64,000 nucleotides of DNA from the NCBI GenBank assembly GCA_051313645.2, contig JBNRSN020000003.1:557752001-557816000 (forward strand), given 5' to 3'. The notes below the pieces were generated by a model. The model searched no databases, was not told the origin of the DNA, and saw nothing but the letters and a program-made list of their open reading frames with translations. Shown one piece after another: positions 49,197 to 62,114 of the stretch (position 1 is the stretch's first letter; each line of letters opens with the position of its first letter). This stretch comes from Centroscyllium fabricii (taxonomy: Eukaryota). The position numbers and the translations under genes are program-made.

Positions 49197-50258
49197 CTTA
49201 TTTAGGGGAAGAGAAAAATTGAAAGATTTATTTTTAAAAGTAAACTCTCATTCTGTACCAACACAGGAGTTAAATCAGGAGTTAAATTTCTGAAAAGCAA
49301 ATTTCAAAATGCCCTAATCTCGCTCAGACAGGCCAAAGGATGGCTGGTGTAGAAAATGGATAAATATCACACAGGGGATGTGCTTCTGATTTTGGGGTGA
49401 TGGTTGAGACAGAGTAATTTTGCATTGGGCTGTGCAGAGTGTGCTCGATATCAACACTGGGTGCCTGAAATGGGAAGTATTCAATTTCCCAGCACCAACA
49501 TCCCCCACCCTGATGAGCAAAAAATAAACCCACTGACCTCTTACTGGTGAGCCAGCTTTGTTTAGTGAGCAAGTGTGGGATCACACATGTGGGTGACAGC
49601 CCAGTATCATGACATCATCACTTCACAACAGCTAGTGACTTTTTTCTAACTAACCAGGAGTGTGAACCCCAGCTGATTTTTCACCACCCTCGAATGGGGA
49701 TGTTGATATCAACTGTGGGACCCAGAAAGCAAAATAAGCAACTAACTCAGCACAGACTAGAAGTTAAACATGGGACCTTTAGTATATACATTCAGAGTTA
49801 TACCACAAGCTGGAGAATCCACGAAGCCAAATCAGCGAGATCCAGCATTGCTTTTTTCAAGTTTTAATAATACAAAATGTGCCAATTTAAATGGAATTTG
49901 GTATCTCCAATAAATAACAGTCGTAACATATTTAAACATCTGAGTTCTGGAGAGTGGCTTTATTTTAAATAGACGGAAGATATTTAAAGCTCAGTTCAGG
50001 ACCTGATGGTGCTAAGATCACCTTTTATACCTCCTTTAACACTGAGTCCATACCTCATCCTCACTGCCAGTAAAACCCTCATTCACACCTTCATCACCTC
50101 CAGGTTTGACTTTTCAAACACTCTCCATGTCAGCCTCCCAGGTTTCTCCCTACTTAAGCTCAAGCTACTTGAAAAGCTCAGCCCCTCATATCCAATCCAG
50201 TACTGAGTACTCCTCACCATGCCCACGCCGACCTCCACTGGCTTTACCATTGATGTCA

Positions 50259-50652
50259 AACATAGAAACATAGAAACTAGGAGCAGGAGTAGGCCATTCG
50301 GCCCTTTGAGCCTGCTCCGCCATTCAATGAGATCATGGCTGATCATCCAAACCCAGCACCCCGCCCCTGCCCTCTCCCCATATCCCTATCGAGCCTCCAT
50401 CGACACATATCCCACCCTATCCCCGTAACCCCACATATTCAAACCCCCTAACACTAAGGGTCAATTTATCATGGCCAATCAACCTAACCCGCACATCTTT
50501 GGACTGTGGGAGGAAACCGGAGCACCCGGAGGAAACCCACGCAGACACGGGGAGAATGTGCAAACTCCACACAGATAGTACCCGAGGCTGGATTTAAACC
50601 CGGGTCTCCAGTGCTGTGAGACAACAGTGCTAACCACTGTGCCACCGTGCCG
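50259..50652 (-). mobile_element. HE1-like V-SINE with CR1 tail
   Basis: tRNA head GGTGGCACAGTGGTTAGC; V-domain GTGGGTTTCCTCCGGGTGCTCCGGTTTCCTCCCAC; CR1 3' tail. Confidence 0.88.
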
Positions 50653-50937
50653 TCAAGTCTTGTCCTGATCTATAAATCCCCCCCCTCCACCATCCCTACA
50701 ATGGTCTTGCCCCACACCAGTTCAGCCCTGCGTCCCAATTTACACCCTCCACTCTTCTGGTTCTGACCTGCTGTATATCCCATCTCCTTCTGCTCCAGAG
50801 CTTTTAATAATCTACTTTCTGCAATTCTGTTCCTAAACCCATCCACCTTGCTACACTTACCCCACCTTCAAAGCCATAAAACCCAGTTCTTTAAATGTAC
50901 CTCCACTCTTGTAACTCATGCTCGTTAATAATTCAGC

Positions 50938-51014
50938 ACACCACCGCCGCCGCCACCACCACCACCACCGCCGCTGCCACCACCACCACCACCACCACCA
51001 CCACCACCGCGCCA
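50938..51014. repeat. (CCA/CCG)n microsatellite
   Basis: Directly visible. Confidence 0.9.
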
Positions 51015-51098
51015 CTCTTCGATGAAGTGCTTTTGGATGTGTTGCTATGTTGAAGGCACTATACAAGTGCAAATTGCTGTTGCCTGGAACAGTCTTAC

Positions 51099-51224
51099 CT
51101 GTGGAGGAGACTGATGAAGTGGAGGAGAACCCAATTCCCAGCCAGGTAGACTCTTTTTGTCCTTCTGCTTCAGACAATAAATCTCCTTCAGCGAAGGGGC
51201 CTGCCACTGGGACTCTGTCGGAAG
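51099..51224 (-). CDS. MPHOSPH9: MPHOSPH9 exon (LPTESQWQAPSLKEIYCLKQKDKKSLPGWELGSPPLHQSPPQ)
   Basis: tatttag acceptor, CAG|gtaaga donor, 126 nt, phase 0-0; matches the recalled PSLKDIYYKKQRENKQLP motif. This is a different frame from the ORF-track entry 50857..51267. Confidence 0.85.
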
Positions 51225-51497
51225 CTAAATACAAATTTGATTTTTTATTCCCCCACAGTTGTAACATCGTCCGGCTCTGCCAGCTTGTTAGATTGCTTTA
51301 AGATGATTTAAATGGTCAATCTATACCAGCGTCCTTTTGCTTAGGTTTTTCGTGTTATAGTAATAGTGGAGGAAAGGGAAAATCTTAATCTTGTCTCTAT
51401 GTATGAATAACGGACAGTTTGGAAACGCAAGGGCAGAGAATGATAAACACCCAGGTTAGGAAAAGGCTCATACCCTGATATGAGACTAGTTGCCAAG

Positions 51498-51872
51498 ACA
51501 CGGTGGCGCAGTGGTTAGCACTGCTGCCTTGCAATAAGGAGCACCTGGGTTTGAATCTTGCTTGGTCCGGGACCTCTGCGAGGAGTTTGCATGTTCTCCC
51601 CATGTTCATGTGGGTTTCCTCCGGGTACTCCGGTTTCCTCCCACCACCCAAAGACATGCAGGTTAGGTGAATTGGAGATACTAAAAATTGCCCATGAGTA
51701 TGTGTGTGAGATATAGTTCTTCGAGTTGGGGGTGTTGGGGGATATGGGGAGAGGGTAGGAGGGGGGTGCTGGGTTTGGATGATCGGCCACGATCTCATCA
51801 AAATGGCGGAGCAGGCTCGAAGGGCTGAATGGCCTACTCCTGCTCCTATCTTCTGTGATCTGTGATCTGTGA
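51498..51872 (+). mobile_element. HE1-like V-SINE with CR1 tail
   Basis: Same head, V-domain and tail as the 50259 copy, in the opposite orientation. Confidence 0.88.
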
Positions 51873-52561
51873 CACCAAATACCACAACAAAAGATAAAAG
51901 ATTTGGCCTACGCACTTAGAGTGTAAAAAAAACAAAGCTTGCGGACTGGATGGGCCGAATGGCCTTTATCCGCACTGTAGAGTTTCTATGATTCTATGAT
52001 TCTATGAAAGGCTAAGGCTGAAAAGATTAGAAGCTGGGCAGTGTTCTCTGTGCGGCTGCTCGCTGGCATTTCAATGTAATGAGATCAGCCATGATCTCAT
52101 TAAATGGCGGAGCAGGCTCGAGGGGCCGAATGGCCTACTCCTGCTCCTATCTTCTATGTTTCTATGTAAAAAACGCATATGCGTGGTATTTTGAAGGGGC
52201 CGCGCAAGCCCAAAAACAATTACAGGGAACAGAGAAGCTGGGTAAACACCCAAAAATGCAGTCTCAGCTAAATGTGTAACTACATATTACGTAGGCACAG
52301 GCCAAGTTTGTATTATAATATGAGAATAGAACCAGTTTCACTCCCCAAGGCAGAGTGTTCTCGGGGTGGTCAGGGACCAGGCAGCCACGTGGATGGCCTG
52401 GAAGGCTGGAGCAGGTTGCAAGCCTTGGAAACACGGGATGTGTGGTTCTCTTGGGGGTCAGAGCGTTCTCAGGGTCAGTCGGAACCACGCAGCCACATAG
52501 GCAGCCTAGACAACCGAAAGTGATCACTACGGGCCTGGGAACCAGCTTGTATTATTTGCAT

Positions 52562-54574
52562 TAACAACAGAAAATGCCGGAAATACTCAGCAGGCCAGGC
52601 AGCAACCGTGGAGAGAGAAACAGAGTTATCGTTTCAGGTCTGGGATCCTTCATCGGAACTGGAAAAAGCTGGAAATGCAACAGATATTAAGCAGGTGCAG
52701 AGACAGTTGGGGAGGGCGGGACGGTTTGGAGGGGGGTGCAGTTTGGAGGGGAGGAAGGAATTGAAAGAACAAACTGTGAAAATGTAGCAAATGGGAATGG
52801 CAAAATCATACAGCATGAAAACTGGGGGCAGGGATTATTATCTGAAATTGTTAAAACTCGCTGTAAAGTGCCTAATCAGAAGATGAGGTGCTGTTCCTCG
52901 AGTTTACGTTGAGTTTATGTTGAGCTTCATTGGAACAGTGTAATAGGCCGAGGACAGAGAGATCAGAGTGGGAGAGAAGCGGAGAATTAAAGTGACAGGC
53001 GACCGGAAGCTCATGGTCACCCTTACGGACTGAACGGAGGTGTTCCGCAAAGCGGTCGCTCAATTTGCATTTGGTCTCCCCAATGTAGAGGAGGCCGCAT
53101 CGTGAGCAGCGACTACAATATATTAAATTGCAAGAAGTACAAGTAAATCGCTGTTTCACCTGGAAGGGGTGTTTGGGGCCCTGGAGAGTGGGAAGGGAGA
53201 AGGTAAAAGGGCAGGTGTTGCATCTCCTGCGCTTGCACGGGAAGGTGCCAGGTGAAGGAGAAGGTGATTGAGGAGTGGACCAGGGTGCCGTGGAGGAAGC
53301 GGTCCCTTCGGAATGCTGAAAGGGGAGGTGAGGGGAAGATGTGTTTGGTGGTGGGATCACGTTGGAGGTGGCAGAAATGGCGGAGGATGATCTGTTGAAG
53401 GTGGAGGCTGGTGGGGTGAAAGGTGAGAACAAGGGGAACCCTATCGTGGTTCTGGGAGGGAGGGGAAGGGGTGAGAGCAGAAGTGCGGGAAATGGAACGG
53501 ACACGGTCGAGGGCCATGTCAACCACAGTAGAGGGGAATCCTTGGTTGAGGAAAAAGGAAGAATTATCAGAAGCACTGATATGGAAGGTGGCATCGTCAG
53601 AACAGATGTGGTGGAGACGGAGAAACCCCTAACAGCCCTTCGCCTTCACCTGGCACCTTCCTGTGCAAGCGCAGGAGATGCAACACATGCTCTTTTACCT
53701 CCCTTCCCACTCTCCGGGGCCCCAAACACCCTGATGTAATAAACGAGTCTTATACATCAATAACTCTAAAGTAAAGTTTTAATCCACTATATTGTCACTA
53801 TTTAAAAAGGTAGGTTTTACCATACTTTCAGATGAAGCATTCCCCCATACTGAGCAGATCCAGTATTTATACTATCTGGGCACAGGAAGTGACATGTACA
53901 TAGTTCACCGTTCAACCTTCCCCCGGAAGTTGTTCAATATCACACCCCGTCTAGGTGAAACAGCGATTTACTTGTATTTCTTGCAATCTAGTATACTGTA
54001 TTCGCTGCTCACGATGCAGCCTCCTCTACATTGGGGAGACCAAATGCAGATTGAGCGACTGCTTTGCGGAACACCTCTGTTCAGTCCGTAAGGGTGACCC
54101 TGAGCTTCCGGTCGCTTGTCACTTTAATTCTTCGCTTCACTCCCACTCTGATCTCTCTGTCCTCGGCCTCTTCCATTGTTCCAAAGAAGCTCAACGTAAG
54201 CTCGAGGAACAGCACCTCATCTTTTGATTAGGCACTCAAAAGCCTTCTGGACTCAATATCGAGTTCAACAATTTCAGATAATAATCACCGCCCCCATTTT
54301 TCATGCTGTATGATTTTGCCATTCCCATTTGCTACATTTTCACAGCATATTCTTTCAATTCCTTCCTCCCCTCCAAACTGCAGCCCCCTCTCCCCTCAAC
54401 TGTCTCTGCACCTGCTTAATATGTTACATTTCCAGCTTTTTCCACTTCCGATGAAGGGTCCCAGACCTGAAACATTAACTGTTTCTCTCTCCACGGATGC
54501 TGCCTGGCCCGCTGAGTATTTCCAGCATTTTCTGTTGTTATTTCAGATTTCCAGCATCAACAGTATTTTGCTAC
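52562..54574. mobile_element. Penelope-like element with inverted arms (GIY-YIG endonuclease remnants)
   Basis: Minus arm 52562-53625 and plus arm 53650-54574 both encode C..C.LLYIGETK...RFAEH; 14-bp TSD TGTATTATTTGCAT (52548-52561 and 54575-54588). Confidence 0.88.
53732..53942 (-). mobile_element. Solo LTR (211 bp) inside the Penelope element
   Basis: TGA...TCA termini, TSD CACCC, minus-strand TATAAATA and ATTAAA. Confidence 0.65.
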
Positions 54575-54611
54575 TGTATTATTTGCATGTCACTTATCAT
54601 TTAAGCGTGCT

Positions 54612-55876
54612 TGACTAATCTACTAGAATTTTTTGAGGATGTAACTGGTAAAATAGATAGGGGAGAACCATAGACGTGGTGTATTTGGACTTTCAGAAAG
54701 CTTTCGATAAGGTCCCTCATAAAAGATTAGTGTGCAAAATTAAGGCTCATGGGATTGGGGTAAGGTATTGACTTGGATAGAGAACTGGTTGGCAGATAGA
54801 AAACAGAGAGCTGGAATAAACGGGTCGTTTTCCGAGTGGCAGGCAGTGACTAGTGGGGTACCGCAAGGATCGGTCCTAGGACCCCAGCTGTTCACAATAT
54901 ATATTAATGATCTGGACGAGGGAATTAGATGTAATATCTCCAAATTTGCAGACGACACAAAGCTGGGTGGGAGGGTATGCTGTGAGGAGGATGTCGAGAA
55001 ACTCCAATGCGATTTGGACAGGTTGGGGGAGTGGGCAGATACATGGCAAATGCACTACAATGTGGATAAATGTGAGGTTATCCACTTTGGTGGCAAAAAC
55101 AGGAGGGCAGATTATTATTTGAATGGCAATAGACTGGGAGATGGGGAAGTGCAAAGAGACCTGGGTGTTCTTGTGCACCAGTCACTGAAGGTAAGCATGC
55201 AGGTGCAACAGGTGGTTAAGAAGGCAAATGGTATGTTGGCCTTCGTAGCAAGAGGGTTCGAATATAAGAACAAGGATGTCGTGCTGCAGCTCTACAGGAC
55301 CTTGGTGAGACCACACCTCGAGTATTGTGTGCAGTTTTGGTCGCCTCATCTGAGGAAGGATGTTCTTGCCATTGAAGGAGTGCAGCGAAGATTCACCAGG
55401 CTGATACCTGGGATGGCAGGAATGACGTATGGGGAGAGATTGAGTCGATTGGGCTTATACTCACTGGAGTTCAGACGATTGAGAGGGGATCTCATCGAAA
55501 CCTATAAAATTCTTGCAGGTCTGGACAGCCTGGATGCAGGAAGGATGTTTCCGATGAAAGGGGAGTCCAGAACCAGGGGCCATAGTCTAAGGATAAGGGG
55601 AAAGCCATTTAGGACTGAGATGGAGGAGGAATTTCTTCACCCAGAGAGTGGTGAATCTGTGGAATTCTCTGCCACAGAGGATGGTGGAGGCTGGTTCATT
55701 AAATATATTCAAAAAGGAGTTGGATATATTTCTTCAGGCTGAAGGGATCAAGGGATATGGGGAGAAGGCAGGGACAGGGGACTGAATCTGAAAGATCAGT
55801 CATGGTCTAATTGAATGGCGGAGCAGGCTCAAAGGGCCGAATGGCCGACTCCTACTCCTATCTTCTATGTTTCTAT
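54612..55876 (+). mobile_element. CR1 LINE, 5'-truncated
   Basis: ORF 54768-55742 (RT); CR1 tail. Confidence 0.92.
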
Positions 55877-55999
55877 ATAACACTGCACAACAGTAATACT
55901 AAATCTAATACTGTTGTTAGTCAGTGTAATAAAGCTTTAAACCACGCAGGCATGAATCAAGAGTGGAGTTATTGTGGCCGGACTAACAACCGGGCAAGA

Positions 56000-57763
56000 G
56001 GATGACCAGGGAAAGAGCAGGGCCCATTAGGGACCAAAGTGGCAATCTGTGTGTAGAGCCAGAGGATGTAGGTGAAGTTTTAAATGAATATTTTGCATCT
56101 GTGTTCACTAAGGAGAAGGACAATGTAGGCTTCGAAATCAGGCAGGGGGATTGAGATATATTTGAACAAATTAGTATTGAGAGGGTTTAGGTACTAGCGG
56201 TTTTAGCGGGCTTAAAAGTGGATAAATCCCCAGGCTCGGACGGGATGTGTGAGGCAAAGGAGGAGATTGCAGGGGCTCCGACACAAATTTTCAGAACCTC
56301 TCTGGCCACAGGGGATGTGCCAGAGGACTGGCAAACAGCTAACATAGTACCATTATTCAAGAAGGGTAGTAGGGATAAACCAGGGAATTACAGGCCAGTG
56401 AGCATAACATCAGTGGTAGGGAGATTATCGGAAAACGTTCTGAGGGACAGAATTAGTCTCCACTTGGAGAGGCAGGGATTGTCAGCATGTCTTTGTCAGG
56501 GGGAGAGCATGTCTGACCAACTTGACTGAATTTTTTGAGGGGGTGACTAGGTGTGTGGATGAGGGTAGTGCAGTTGATGTAGTATACATTTTCAGTAAGG
56601 CTTTTGACAAAGTTCCACATGGGAGACTGGTCAAGAAGGTAAGAGCCCATGGGATCCAGGACAATTTTGCACATTGGATCCAAAATTGTCTTCGTGGCAG
56701 GAGACAGAGGGTGATGGCCGGTGGTTGTTTTTGTGATTGGAAGCCTGTGTCCAGTGGTGTACCGCAGGGATTGGCGCTGGGTCGTTTGCTGTTTGTAGTG
56801 TACATAAATGATTCAGATATGAACGTAGGAGGTATGATCAGGAAGTTCACAGATGACTCAAAAATTGGTGGCGTGGTAAATAGCGAGGAGGGAAGCCTCA
56901 GGCTACAGGACAATACAGATGGGATGGTTAGATGGGCAGAACAATGGCAAATGGAATTTAACCCTGAATAGTGTGAGGTGATGCATTTTGGGAGGACAAA
57001 CAAGGCAAGAGAATACACAATGAACAGTAAGACGCTAGGAAGGACAGAGGATCAGAGGGACCTTGGTGTGCATGTACATAGATCCCTGAAGGCAGCAGGA
57101 CAGGTAGATAAGGTGGTTAAAAAGCCATATGGCATACTTCCTTCATTAGCCGAGGCACAGAATATAAGAGCAGGGAGGTTATGATGGAGCTGTACAAAAC
57201 GCTAGTTAGGCCACAGCTGGAGTACTGTGTGCAGTTCTGGTCACCACACTATAGGAAGGATGTGATTGCCTTGGAGAGGGTGCAGAGGAGATTCACCAGG
57301 ATGTTACCTGGGCTGGAATGCTTCAGCTATGAAGAGAGACTGGACAGGCTGGGGTTGTTTTCCTTGGAACAGAGAAGGCTGAGGGTGGACCTGATTGAGG
57401 TGTACAAAATTATGAGGGGCATAGATAGGGTAAATAGAAAGGAACTTTCCCCCTTAGTAGAGGGGTCAATAACAAGGGGACATAGTTTCAAGGTAAGGGG
57501 CAGGAGGTTTAGAGGAGATTTGAGGAGGAACTTTTTCACCCAGAGGGTGGTTGGAATCTGGAACTCACTGCCTGAAAGGGTGGTAGAGGCAGGAACCCTC
57601 ACAACATTCAAGAAGCAATTAGATGAGCACTTGAAATGCCATAGCATACAAGGCTACGGACCAAATGCAGGAAAATGGGATTAGAATAGACTGGGCTTGA
57701 TGGCCGGCATGGACATGATGGGCCGAAGGGCCTCTTTCTGTGCTGTATTACTCTGTGACTCTA
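56000..57763 (+). mobile_element. CR1 LINE (same family as 41640-43065) whose 3' end seeds a satellite
   Basis: Broken RT ORFs 56218-57684 ending GYGPNAGKWD. Confidence 0.9.
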
Positions 57764-60700
57764 GGACACGATGAGCCGAAGGGCCTCTTTCTGTGCTGTA
57801 TTACTCTGTGACTCTAGGACACGATGAGCTGAAGGGCCTCTTTCTGTGCTGTATTACTCTGTGACTCTAGGACACGATGAGCTGAAGGGCCTCTTTCTGT
57901 GCTGTATTACTCTGTGACTCTAGGACACGATGGGCCGAAGGGCCTCTTTCTGTGCTGTATTACTGTGACTCTAGGACACGATGGGCCGAAGGGCCTCTTT
58001 CTGTGCTGTATTACTCTGTGACTCTAGGACATGATGAGCCGAAGGGCCTCTTTCTGTGCTGTATTACTGTGACTCTAGGACACGATGGGCCGAAGGGCCT
58101 CTTTCTGTGCTGTATTACTCTGTGACTCTAGGACACGATGAGCCGAAGGGCCTCTTTCTGTGCTGTATTACTCTGTGACTCTAGGACACGATGGGCCGAA
58201 GGGCCAACTCTAGGACATGATGGGCTGAAGGGCCTCTTTCTGTGCTGGATTACTCTCTGACTCTAGGACACGATGAGCCGAAGGGCCAACTCTAGGACAT
58301 GATGGGCTGAAGGGCCTCTTTCTGTGCTGGATTACTCTCTGACTCTAGGACACGATGGGCCGAAGGGCCAACTCTAGGACATGATGGGCCAAAGGACCTC
58401 TTTATGTGCTGTATTACTCTGTGACTCTAGGACACGATGAGCCAAAGGGCCTCTTTATGTGATGTATTACTCTATGACTCTAGGACACGATGAGCCGAAG
58501 GGCCAACTCTAGGACATGATGGGCTGAAGGGCCTCTTTCTGTGCTGGATTACTCTCTGACTCTAGGACACGATGAGCCGAAGGGCCAACTCTAGGACACG
58601 ATGGGCCGAAGGGCCTCTTTATGTGCTGTATTACTCTCTGACTCTAGGACACGATGGGCCGAAGGGCCAACTCTAGGACATGATGGGCCAAAGGGCCTCT
58701 TTATGTGCTGTATTACTCTGTGACTCTAGGACACGATGAGCCAAAGGGCCTCTTTATGTGCTGTATTACTCTATGACTCTAGGACACGATGAGCCGAAGG
58801 GCCAACTCTAGGACATGATGGGCCGAAGGGCCTCTTTCTGTGCTGTATTACTCTGTGACTCTAGGACACGATGGGCCGAAGGGCCAACTCTAGGACATGA
58901 TGGGCTGAAGGGCCTCTTTCTGTGCTGGATTACTCTCTGACTCTAGGACACGATGAGCCGAAGGGCCAACTCTAGGACATGATGGGCTGAAGGGCCTCTT
59001 TCTGTGCTGGATTACTCTCTGACTCTAGGACACGATGAGCCGAAGGGCCAACTCTAGGACACGATGGGCCGAAGGGCCTCTTTATGTGCTGTATTACTCT
59101 CTGACTCTAGGACACGATGGGCCGAAGGGCCAACTCTAGGACATGATGGGCCAAAGGGCCTCTTTATGTGCTGTATTACTCTGTGACTCTAGGACACGAT
59201 GAGCCGAAGGGCCTCTTTATGTGCTGTATTACTCTATGACTCTAGGACACGATGAGCCGAAGGGCCAACTCTAGGACATGATGGGCCGAAGGGCCTCTTT
59301 CTGTGCTGTATTACTCTATGACTCTAGGACACGATGGGCCGTAGGGCCTCTTTCTGTGCTGTATTACTCTGTGACTCTGGGACATGATGGGCCGAAGGGC
59401 CTCTTTCTGTGCTGTATTACTCTGTGACTCTAGGACACGATGGGCCAAAGGGCCTCTTTCTGTGCTGTATTACTCTGTGACTCTAGGATACGATGGGCCG
59501 AAGGGCCTCTTTCTGTGCTGTATTACTGTGACTCTAGGACACGATGGGCCGAAGGGCCTCTTTCTGTGCTGTATTACTCTGTGACTCTAGGACACGATGA
59601 GCCAAAGGGCCTCTTTCTGTGCTGTATTACTCTGTGACTCTAGGACACGATGAGCCGAAGGGCAAACTCTAGGACACGATGGGCTGAAGGGCCTCTTTCT
59701 GTGCTGTATTACTCTATTACTCTATGACTCTAGGACACGATGAACCGAAGGGCCAACTCTAGGACATGATGGGCCGAAGGGCCTCTTTCTGTGCTGGATT
59801 ACTCTGTGACTCTAGGACACGATAAGCCGATGGGCCTCTTTCTGTGCTGTATTACTCGATGACTCTAGGACACGATGGGCCGAAGGGCCTCTTTCTGTGC
59901 TGTATTACTCTGTGACTCTAGGACATGATGAGCCGAAGGGCCTCTTTCTGTGCTGTATTACTCTGTGACTCTAGGACACGATGGGCCGAAGGGCCTCTTT
60001 CTGTGCTGTATAACTCTGTGACTCTAGGACACGATGGGCCGAAGGGCCTCTTTCTGTGCTGTATAACTCTATGACTCTAGGACACGATGGGCTGAAGGCC
60101 CTCTTTCTGTGCTGTATAACTCTGTGACTCTAGGACACGATGGGCCGAAGGGCCTCTTTCTGTGCTGTATTACTCTGTGACTCTAGGACACGATGGGCCG
60201 AAGGGCCTCTTTCTGTGCTGTATAACTCTGTGACTCTAGGACACGATGGGCCTCTTTCTGTGCTGTATAACTCTGTGACTCTAGGACACGATGGGCCGAA
60301 GGGCCTCTTTCTGTGCTGTATGTGACTCTAGGACACGATGGGCCGAAGGGCCTCTTTCTGTGCTGTATTACTCTGTGACTCTAGGACACGATGGGCCGAA
60401 GGGCCAACTCTAGGACATGATGGGCCAAAGGGCCTCTTTATGTGCTGGATTACTCTCTGACTCTAGGACACGATGAGCCGAAGGGCCAACTCTAGGACAC
60501 GATGGGCCGAAGGGCCTCTTTATGTGCTGTATTACTCTATGACTCTAGGACACGATGAACCGAAGGGCCAACTCTAGGACATGATGGGCCGAAGGGCCTC
60601 TTTCTGTGCTGGATTACACTGTGACTCTAGGACACGATGAGCCGAAGGGCCTCTTTCTGTGCTGTATTACTCGATGACTCTAGGACACGATGGGCCGAAG

Positions 60701-61105
60701 GGCCTCTTTCTGTGCTGTATTACTCTGTGACTCTAGGACATGATGAGCCGAAGGGCCTCTTTCTGTGCTGTATTACTCTGTGACTCTAGGACACGATGAG
60801 CCGAAGGGCCTCTTTCTGTGCTGTATTACTCTGTGACTCTAGGACACGATGGGCCGAAGGGCCTCTTTCTGTGCTGTATTACTCTGTGACTCTAGGACAC
60901 GATGGGCCGAAGGGCCTCTTTCTGTGCTGTAAAACTCTGTGACTCTAGGACACGATGGGCCGAAGGGCCTCTTTCTGTGCTGTAAAACTCTGTGACTCTA
61001 GGACACGATGGGCCGAAGGGCCTCTTTCTGTGCTGTATAACTCTATGACTCTAGGACACGATGGGCTGAAGGGCCTCTTTCTGTGCTGTATTACTCTCTG
61101 ACTCT
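57711..61105 (+). repeat. Tandem array of the CR1 3'-terminal 53-mer with a 29-bp deletion variant
   Basis: Unit GGACACGATGGGCCGAAGGGCCTCTTTCTGTGCTGTATTACTCTGTGACTCTA; variant GGACACGATGGGCCGAAGGGCCAACTCTA. Confidence 0.97.
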
Positions 61106-61945
61106 GTTCCTTTGTTGCAATGGAAACCTCAAGTCAAAATTCTCCAACAGTTAATTTATGATTTTTACCTTGCCAATTATCTTCTATCTCCACTATCTGA
61201 CTGATGCCCACTGGTGCACTCTCTATGATGGGAAGTTTGCAAGTTAAGCCATTAAACTGCATGATTTAATAATCATAGAATGATGCAGCACAGGAGACAC
61301 CACCCCAATTTTGAAAAAAACAATTAATCCAAACCAAAAGTTTTAAGAGTTGCATCACCACACTCACCAGTTACATTCAGTCATCAGGGTTTATCAGATA
61401 CAGTAAATAATTATATTCTTCCGCATCTGACTTAACATTATCATGACAATAGCAATCAGGATGGAGTAAAAATTGTTTTCTTTACTCTGTACCTGATCCT
61501 GTTTCAACACTTCAATTTGTTACCGATTCTCATTTCCCCTTGTGGTTTCCCGTTTATCTCCACCTACACAATAGATCCTATGCCCACTCTTTATTTTTCA
61601 ATTCTATGTCAGTACATTCACACTTCTGTTTATGCTCAAGAGGAAGAAAAAAATTAAACCATGAAAGAAAGGCAAAATTATTTATGTAAATCACAGAAGG
61701 CAAATAATGCCAGGAGACCTGGATCTATCAATGCATTCCCACTGCAAAATATACAATAGTTTCATAAAATATATGTGAATGCACTGAGAATTCAAGGCAT
61801 ACAAGAAGAAATAGTTGTAAAGAAAACAACTTATTTGGGAGAATTAGCAGTCTTTACAATTTCTTGCTTTTCTTGAGGTACACAGACCTCCCATTTCACA
61901 TACCTGAACAACATTTGACTAAATAATAAAAACTTTCCTACATAC

Positions 61946-62058
61946 CTGACATCTGTTGGCAGCTTTGGAGGGAGAGAATATGTCAGCAAGATCAGCCTCC
62001 TTGTTCTTGGGTAAAGAGTGGTACAGCTCCCCTTCATCCAGCCTCCAATAAGACAGTC
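61946..62058 (-). CDS. MPHOSPH9: MPHOSPH9 internal exon (GLSYWRLDEGELYHSLPKNKEADLADIFSPSKAANRCQ)
   Basis: ttttattttag acceptor, CAG|gtatgt donor, 113 nt, ends in phase 0; resembles the recalled GLTYWKLEEEDMY segment of vertebrate MPHOSPH9. Confidence 0.8.
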
Positions 62059-62114
62059 CTAAAATAAAAGCAAAACAAACTAAACATAAACACAGGGGGT
62101 TTGAGGTTCCAACA

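Noticed and set aside
50857-51267. ORF-track protein with a poly-Trp stretch
   Set aside because: Wrong frame for the real exon; the poly-W comes from the CCA microsatellite
52270-52547. Possible LTR-like fragment
   Set aside because: No convincing termini or TSD could be identified
57711-61105. CRISPR-like regular array
   Set aside because: No unique spacers, no cas genes and a eukaryotic context; the unit is a CR1 3' end
61169-61256. Possible extra MPHOSPH9 exon (cag...G|gtaaaa, open as FNGLTCKLPII...)
   Set aside because: 88 nt would shift the frame between two phase-0 junctions and I see no similarity to MPHOSPH9; at most a poison exon, which needs RNA-seq
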